Assembly (NCBI GenBank): GCA_000165425.1
Contig: CT868252.1
Span: 372,001-436,000 of the forward strand
DNA: 64,000 bases
DNA from: Paramecium tetraurelia
Taxonomy: Eukaryota
Direction: 5' to 3'
Below the pieces are notes generated by a model. That model was not told the origin of the DNA and searched no databases. It saw nothing but the letters and a program-made list of their open reading frames with translations. Within the stretch, counting starts at the first letter, position 1; every line of letters starts with the position of its first letter. Made by a program: the position numbers and the translations under genes. Shown here piece by piece: positions 55,704 through 64,000 of this stretch.

Positions 55704-57374
55704 ATGAATAATTAAAAGCTCATCAACAACACATATATAACGAAAAAGAGAATTTCTTCTGGTTCTTTTGGTGTCGTATATATGGGATAAGATATCAATA
55801 CTCGGAATTTTGTCGCAATTAAGGTTGATAAGGAAAACAAGGAAGAGTCTAGTCTTCAAAGAGAAGTAAAAATAAAAGTTTATTATCCTTTTAGGCAGAG
55901 ATTCTGAGAAAACTGCAGCATTTAAAACACATTCCAAAACTTTATTGGTCAGGAAGGGAAGTTGATTCAACATACTTAGTGATTCAATATTTGGGAAGAG
56001 ATTTGACCCATTACATTAAAAATTATCGAAAATTTTCATTAAAATGCGTACTCAATATTGCAGAACAAATGATAATAATCTTAGAAAGTTTGCACAAACA
56101 GTAAAGACATTATTTTTATATTCAGTAACGTAATTCATAGGGATATAAAGCCAGAAAATATATTGGTTGGCAAAGAAGATGAAGAAAATCAACTGTTTAT
56201 TGTAGACTTTGGGATTAGTAAGTTTTACAAAGATGAAAATGAATCACATATGTAAGAATGCCTTTCCTATTCCTTAGATCTCTAAGAGATAAACAACCAT
56301 TTATAGGGACCACTCGATATGCAAGTATCAATGCTCACAAAGGATTATCCTTAAGTAGGAGAGATGATATGGAATCCTTATGTTACATGTTGATCTACCT
56401 ATTAAAAGGTATTGATTTATGCACTAAAATATTAGGTTAGCTTCCATGGTAAAATCTTCAGTTTACTTCAGAAGAGGATAAAATAAATTAAGTTGGCCAA
56501 TTAAAAATGAAAATGGACACTAATGAATTGTGCTAAGGATTACCTATTGAATTTGCTAGATACTTGGATTATGTTAAAGGATTGCCATTTAAGTCAGAAC
56601 CAAATTATAAATATTGTTTATCATTGTTCAGAAAAATATCAAATGAGCATAATTACCTATCAAAAGAACTCATTTTTGATTGGATAATATCCCAGAAAAC
56701 TGATAGAGAAGGATAATCATCAAGCAGTAATCTCCTTAATAGCAAACCCTCTTTGTACATTATCATATTAAAACTCTTAGGTTTAAGAAATCCAAAGAAG
56801 ATCTTTCTTCCTGCAACAATCTTTTAGGTTCTCAATTAAATCAATCTATGGAGTAAGATATGAACTCCTTACTCAAAATGCCTGATAAAAAGAGATCGAC
56901 TCTCACACCTGAAATCAATCGCAAAAAAAACAGATTACAATCTATCAGCAGTAATAATGATACAGTTTCTGACAATGATTTCAATAACAGTGTTTTGATT
57001 GGAATACAACCTAGTATCTTAAGTAGACTAAGTAGAATATCTTATAATTCAAACTCAAAGTTTTAGAATAGTAAGTCCAATCATTCATGCACTCCAAACA
57101 CTAATCAACTTGACCATCTCATCTCTATTTCTCCCGATTCTAATTTGGAGAATCTGTTAAATGAATAGAAAAAAAGATCAAATCTTAGTCAATCCTTCAA
57201 TCCAATGCCTAAAGATGATGATACTACTATTGAATTCTAGAAGATGAATGAAGGAGACGAAGGAATAGAGAGGAAATACGTAGAGCTTAAACTTCGCTTT
57301 GTTAGAGCGTATGTAAATTTTGTATATTATGTAGTCGCTTTAAACCTGGACTCAACAATAACCTAAAATAATGA
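55704..57374 (+). CDS. Casein kinase 1 family kinase
   Basis: [46 protein letters not shown]; several tiny introns. Confidence 0.95.
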
Positions 57375-57455
57375 AAGTTTTTAGTATCAATTCTCTGCTT
57401 TATTTATATTAATTATAAATATCAAATCAATGACTATGACAATTCAATTACATTA

Positions 57456-58217
57456 TCACTCGACTTAAACGCTAAAAATATTACAAGGAACAATACTTTT
57501 GATTTTATTCCTGCCAAGATCGAAATGTACACTTTTTGAGTGAGAACACTATGACCCTAGTTCTTTCTATAACATCTCATAAAATTGGATGTTAACAGTT
57601 TTGAAATATTTCCTTTTTTAGGCTGGACTCATTAACAAATATGCAGGAACAGAACTCATTATCTCTTTTAAAATTTTCAATTTCTCTTAATTCCTTTTAA
57701 CCTCGCTATAATCTTCTCCTTCAATTTCTAATTCATATTACTAATTATCTTTATTTTTCTTTTTTAATTCTGCCTTTTTAAGTTTTTTCATTTTCTTAAT
57801 AATCTTCTAATATTTTTTTTTCGATTTTGAATTATAACTAATTACTCTTTCATCCTTTTATTGTTTCTCTACACTGAAATCTCCAGGATCTTTAATTTAC
57901 TCTTCAATTTGTTATTCTTAAACCGTTCTTCGCTCTTCCATAATAAAGAGATTTATGTATTGTTGTTATTGATTTATAATTTATCCTGTAAATTTTCAAT
58001 ATATTCTTTATAAATTCTATTCTTTTTTTCCTCAAAGGATTTCTTCTCAAAATTATAATACTATCCCCAACTTTTGGATAGTTCTTTTGTTTGTTTCTTA
58101 AATCAAAACTTTTAAGTCAGAACAATTTAAATTAGGATTGTGTATACTTTTATTCATAAAATTCGTGCTACCTAATAGATGTAGACTTTAGATTTAATTA
58201 TAGTATAAAAAAGCCAT
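57456..58217 (-). pseudogene. Degenerate ORF, possibly a decayed RRP1/Nop52-like gene
   Basis: 5' part does not join the downstream frame cleanly; K/E-rich; ends KSVHFDLGRNKIKSI. Confidence 0.35.
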
Positions 58218-58465
58218 TTATCTAATTTTCAAAATTTTTTTAATTCTTAATAGTATTATTTTATGGAATAAATAAAAATAAGTTGTAGAAAAGTACCAAT
58301 ATTATAACATTTAGAGTCACTAATGCACTTACACTATGCATTATATTATTTTTATATATTTCTATTAAGCTTTTGATATAATATTTAAGGCTTCCTCAGT
58401 ATATTATCTTACCATATTTTTTGAACGCAACAGATAACCAGAATTATGGTAATAAATTCAACCGA

Positions 58466-58538
58466 GCCGGTTTAGCTCAGTGGTTAGAGCTTTTGCCTTG
58501 TAAGCAAAGGGTCGAGAGTTCAATTCTCTCAATCGGCT
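58466..58538 (+). tRNA. tRNA-Thr(TGT)
   Basis: Acceptor GCCGGTT/AATCGGC, D-arm GCTC/GAGC, anticodon arm TTTGC-CTTGTAA-GCAAA, T-arm GAGAG-TTCAATT-CTCTC, downstream oligo-T. Confidence 0.96.
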
Positions 58539-58580
58539 GTTATTTTTATTTTTTAATTTTTATAAATGAATAATATTTCA

Positions 58581-61500
58581 TCATTCTAGATATTTGATGA
58601 ATTCCTTAACATCAATCGATCCATCCTCATCTCTGTCTAATGCTTTGAATATAAGTTCAACATCATCTTTATCAAGATTTTTAATTCTCATCTTTGAGAA
58701 TACTTCTTCTAATTCAGCTTTATTAATTTTTCCATTGGAATCTTTATCGAAGGCTGCAAAAAGTTGCTGAGGAGTATACTTATTCTTAACAGCCCTTGAT
58801 ATCCTATTGAAAACCTAAGATATCTTGATATCGAAATACTTCTTTTGCTTTGCCTATGGCTCTCTCCTATTCTATTTAACTCAAAGAACCAAAACCTGAT
58901 CTACTAGTCTATCCAAATATATCAGACTGTTATGGACCTCTTAGTTTACCCAGATCCAAGAATTAATTGTAATTTATCATTCCATTTTCAGGCAAAACCA
59001 CATATATCTAAAAATTAATATAAAAACTCACTGTTAAATCGTCAATTTCATTTGGAGTGAATCCGACTTTCTAATCTCTAAGAATTTATTTGAACTATGT
59101 CTCAGTTACATAGCCAGGCTTTTGGGCTTTAGCTTAGAATGCTAATTGAAGAACTCGGGCATTTTTGAAACATATTTCTTCCGCCTTTCGAGCAATCTTT
59201 TCTTTGTCTATTCCTTATTAATTAAATTATTAATCGTTTTTATCCTGATCAAGTGCAGGTTTTACAATTTACAAAAACTCTGATATACTAATATGGCCAT
59301 CTCTATTTTTATCGAATTCCATGAATAACTCATTTAATTCAAATTCATCAACTGGTACCAACTAAAAAAGAATATAGAATAAATTGCATTACAATTTTAT
59401 TTTTAAATATGTTCTTGAGCTCTACCTTTGATAAGTATCCATTGCCATCCAAGTCGATATCATTAAATAATTCTGGGACAGTTTTTCTATATTTTCTCAT
59501 ATAAGCAATTAGATAACCAACAACATAATTTTAAATATTTTATTGAGTAGGTTACGCCTTAATAATCTGCAGTCTATTATTGTACATATTTAATGTGTCT
59601 GCAAATTCAGAAATTGAAATTCTTCCATCATGATTAACATCGAAGAATGCTATAATCTGTCTGATATCATCATCACCATTTTGTAAATTTTTGTGAACTC
59701 CAAACTATATAAGGAACTTCTTCATTTCACCTGTTTCTATAAAGCTATTCCTATTCTCATCCATGAACTCTCTAACCTACATTAAGGTCCATTATCTTGC
59801 TTAACCATAATTAAGAATTGCAGTGATAGCTATATCAATTGGAGATTAAGATAGTTAAGTGTCTTATATACTTGGGAAGTTAGACTGCATTCTTTAGTTG
59901 CTGACTTATTAAAATGAAGATTGTGAATACATCTACTACTATTAAGAAGTGGGAACCAATTTAAAGTAGTTGGTAAATTCTCTAAAATTGATCAACTGGT
60001 CATTATTGATATCCATATAAAATTTGAGGAACTCTCGTAATTAAGCAATTGGTATCAGTAAACTATTTTACTAGAGATATCTTTGTAGTTCATCAATAGT
60101 TAATTGTCCATCAGGTTTCACAGAGTCTATCTCCATAAACAGTTCTTAGACTGATTTACCATATGAAAGTTTTCTTTTCAATAAATCATAAATTGAATTA
60201 TGAATCTATTCTAATTATGTTCTTTGCAATTGCATAGTGTTTTATTACATCAGTTAGTTTATTGATGACAATTCTTGTGTTTGATATTATGATTTGAACC
60301 CTGCTTCATACTATATGCTTTCATTAGATTGTAATCTGAAAAATTCCTAGAATTTCTATTGATTCAAAGGTTGAGGTAATTTAGAATAATAAACTTACAT
60401 TTCCTGAGGATTCATTTTGATATTTAAAACATTCTTTAAACCATTGGCAAAATCTTCATAGGTGATAATCTAATCTTGATCCCTGTCGAATACTCTGAAG
60501 GCAGTAATACCCAATAACCCTCTGGATCTCATTTCTGAACTTATTTTATGGGTGATATTTTCCTCCCAAGACTCTGCAATCATGGATCTCTATTAATTTA
60601 ATGTGTCCTCATCTTTAATGTCATACCAAAAGATTTTAACATAAACTGATGCAACTTTGTCTCCATCATCATTCTTAACTTCTGCTGCTAAGTCAACCAT
60701 TTGATTCTTTACTAAAGGAGCCAAATCAATCAAACAATATCCCACCTTGTCATTTGATCCTTCCACTAGCGGTTGATTATCATCAATGATGTATAGTTCT
60801 AATGGCATCCTATTGAATTGATTGACAACCAATTCATTGTATACAATATCATGAACCATTCTATAGTCCCATTTTGGATTAGATCCCATCTAAGTATTAG
60901 TATGAAAATCTTTGGTATCAAAATTATAGTAGATGAAACAATTAGATTTTTGAGGAAGAGATGTACCTTTTTCAATGCATATAACAAGCTTTCGTTTTCT
61001 AACTGCAACTATTCTCTTCAGCTTCATCCAAATCTTACATTTACAATTAATTTCTTTCCTTTAACAAACGAATGAAATTTGAAATTGGATATCTCATTCT
61101 TGCTTTAAATTCCACTATTCCTATCATCTAATTGTTGATTCCCCATGAAAAGTAAGAGATCCACTAATAACTTTACTTATAGTGTCATTCTTATTCTCAT
61201 AAACTAAGTCCTTCAATTAAATCAAACCTGACCCAATCTTTGTAGGTTCACTGCCTTAACTAACATAAAGTTCTAGTTTCAAATAATTGCTTTCAAGGTA
61301 TTGAATGAAGTTAGCATCAGCATCAACCTTAAAACTTATTTATAAATTATAAAAGCATGATGTTCCTTCTGATACACTTGTATGTTGCGTTTCATGATCA
61401 TAGAAATCAATTGTAACAAATGTCAATAGACTTCCAAGATCCAAATTTAATTGTGTAGAAGTCTTATATGAAGAAACTAACTCAGCAGGTTGATACTCTC

Positions 61501-63327
61501 CTTTGCCAACCCATAAATCAAAGAAATTCTCTCCTGGCGACAACATTTCATCTTTGTCAACTGAGAACACTGAAATAGAGTCATCATATTTGATTCCTTC
61601 GGCTTCATACAAAGTCTATTAAAATTCTGGCTTGAGTTTTCAGATCAGCTATCTTTGCATATTCATATGCTTTCTCATTGGCAACCTTTAATTCCAATCT
61701 TTAATTATTCTATTTAAGTTTAATGCATTTTGTCTTTTTCCATCTAGATATCCTATTGATTCTTGAGTAATGTTTATGTTTTTTCTAAATGTGCAGCCAA
61801 TTCTCCCTTCTCAAGTTTCAAGTGTTCAATCTCCTTTCTCAAATAAACAGGATCATCAGAATCCAAATAAGTACGATCTATAAATTCAATTTTTCTCCAA
61901 GCAGGATCTTCTCCAGTCCATTTCAAATTACCCAACACTTTTAAAAATTAATCATTATCCCAATAATTTAAATCTTTAAATGGAAGTAATTGCTAATCTT
62001 TTTCAGCCAACTTGATATTCAATTCTTAATTTCTTTCTTATAGTATTTTAAACTCTTTTTTGAGATTCTCAATATCCTCTCTTTTCAATCTATTTTCTGT
62101 TTCTAATTTTGCATTGGTTTCTCTCAAATTCTTTAAATCTGTAGAATTCCTTATCTACTCCTGTTCCATAGCTTTCATTTTGGCTTGTATAGTAGCTCTT
62201 TCATTGTATTCCTTAAAAAATGGGGATTCCATTAGAATTGCTAATCTCTCTTCAATTTCCTTCTTTTATCTTCTTGCTTCTTGTAAATCTGCTTGTAAAT
62301 CAACAACACTCTTCTATGCCAACTCCATGGATCTAACTTATCCTTCCAATAAATGATTCTTCTCTTTTTCCTCTCTTAAGAGCATCATGATTTCGCTCTG
62401 TCTTTTACGTTCATCATCCAATTATGATCTCATACCACTTAAATTCGATTCTAATTTATTGCATCTCTCCTGTAGAGTGACAAATTAAGCATTTTTCTAA
62501 CTTAACTCCTATTGATTGACAATCTTAGAATTCATCATTGCCTACAATTATCTGAATTAGGCTTCCTATTCAAGTAATCGTTTCTTTAATTTATCATTTA
62601 AATCTAACAATTATTTTATTTGATTTTATTAATCCACAAACTAACCTCCTCTTATCCCAGTCTATTCCATTTCTGGTCTATCTGCTTATACCAATTTCTT
62701 TTTTTTCATTGGTTAATGAGCCACAACAACTCTTTATGCTTAAGAAATAGCTTATATCTTCTATTTTAATTTTTCATTTTCAGTTTCCAAATTATTGACT
62801 TTCGATGCTAATTAATTATTTTATTCATTGGATTCTCCTGCACCAACGGTTTTATTCCCCATGAATTTTTACATTTATTATAATTTAACTTCCATAGTCC
62901 CATACATTTTTTCAAATTTTGCCTAATTTTCCTTTAGCTTTATATTCTCATCATACACATCCAAGAATAATTTCTCTTTTTCTCCCTCATTCAACTTATT
63001 AAATTAGTAGGGCTTCTTCTTTGGCATTGAGGCAGTTCTCTTAGTTGAAGATTCAGGTCTTTTAGGCAATGCTGCTTGTGGTTATTATTTAGGTTTTTAA
63101 TCCTGGGCAGCTAAACAAAAGTTAACCTTTTATCTTTACTTTTTATAACATTAAGAATTGCATCATCGCCATCAAAGTCATCATTATAAACATTACTCTC
63201 AGTTTATTGATCTGGAATACTACTTTGTTGTTTTTATTGCTAACGAAGCTCGTTTTGCCGCTCTTTTATATAAAAACAAAGAGATACTTAGATTCCCAAG
63301 GGCATTAGTCATCGCTTACTAATCCAT
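58581..63327 (-). CDS. RPGRIP1L: RPGRIP1L/MKS5-like transition-zone protein: coiled coil, two C2 domains, EF-hand array
   Basis: LSPGENFFDL...TFVTIDFYDHETQHT...FIQYL (first C2), second C2 GSNPKWD...YIIDD...VGYCLIDLAPL, about nine EF-hand loops; three apparent +1 shifts. Confidence 0.82.
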
Positions 63328-63349
63328 AATTTATAAATATATATTTAAA

Positions 63350-64000
63350 TCACATATATTTCAAATTCTTCAACAACCAAATTGTATATTTATAAATCAT
63401 CTCATACTATTACACTGATTGCACTAATAATGGTCTTTATTCTCTCAATCTCCTCACTATACTAAAGATTGAAATTTAAGCATCATTTTTTATGAGTAAC
63501 TGTTTTATATGACAGATTGCCAAAAAGGTTCCCGTTCTCCCTACTCCTGCACTACAATGAATCACTGGTGTTTTGTTATCTTGTGCTGCTTCATTGGCTA
63601 TTCCAGCCAGCCAATCAAGAACTTAATAGGAATCCTCCTTAACAATCCCGAAATCTGGCCAATCACACCATTAATAGTGACTTACTTTATGCTACTTCTC
63701 TTTTGTCTTCATAATTAGACTACTTTCGAATATATCCTTATTAGATTCTTATCTTGATATTGTGTCAATTTAATAAGGCCCATAAATAGCTTTTTCAGAC
63801 GGCCAATATTTTTCGCATTATATCTAAAGTAAATATCTTGCTGCATACTCGTTATCTATCGAACAGTTTGCAAAGCATAATTATTGCACCCACGTTATTT
63901 GTCCATATCATATGCCAAAAATCTTAAACTGATTAATTTACAGGGCCTTGAGTAGCAATATATTTTCTTTCTTCATCGTTTCCCCCTCTAATATAATTAG
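63350..64000 (-). CDS. Classical protein tyrosine phosphatase, 5' end outside the window
   Basis: WPDFG loop, VIHCSAGVGRTGT, LREQRPLLVQSVQQYEMIY. Confidence 0.93.

Noticed and set aside
1..64000. Most short ORFs in the supplied track (e.g. 6337-6636, 10506-10862, 12214-12411, 55692-55973)
   Set aside because: Antisense or off-frame shadows of real code-6 genes; the track treats TAA/TAG as stops
1..64000. Retained IESs, transposons or telomeric repeats
   Set aside because: No TA-bounded insertion of 26 nt or more interrupting an ORF, no transposase motif and no G4T2/G3T3 array was seen; IESs in intergenic DNA cannot be excluded by eye
1..64000. In-frame TGA selenocysteine or readthrough
   Set aside because: The internal TGAs I encountered were explained by introns or nearby frameshifts

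Overview
Gene-dense, very AT-rich ciliate macronuclear DNA, most likely Paramecium. Genes use genetic code 6 (TAA/TAG=Gln, TGA the only stop) and have tiny 22-28 nt GT-AG introns, so the supplied ORF track only shows fragments. Manual retranslation gives about 33 protein genes, one tRNA-Thr(TGT) and a 150-N assembly gap inside RPS6. Recognisable genes include TSR4/PDCD2, BET3, prefoldin 2, an aspartic protease, NAP1, a BI-1 protein, BCKDH E2, PFK, an inner-arm dynein heavy chain, a kinesin, CK1, RPGRIP1L and a classical PTP. The most notable items are: an intron-containing, bacterial-like MBL-rhodanese fusion (HGT candidate); a PH + permuted NlpC/P60 fusion; a GNAT-like + serpin-like protein; a PFK with a putative N-terminal membrane anchor; divergent start codons only 3 bp apart; and about 13 net +1 frameshifts in otherwise conserved genes, probably consensus errors. 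No mobile elements, CRISPR arrays, telomere arrays or clear retained IESs were seen. All protein calls come from motif recognition by eye, not database searches.
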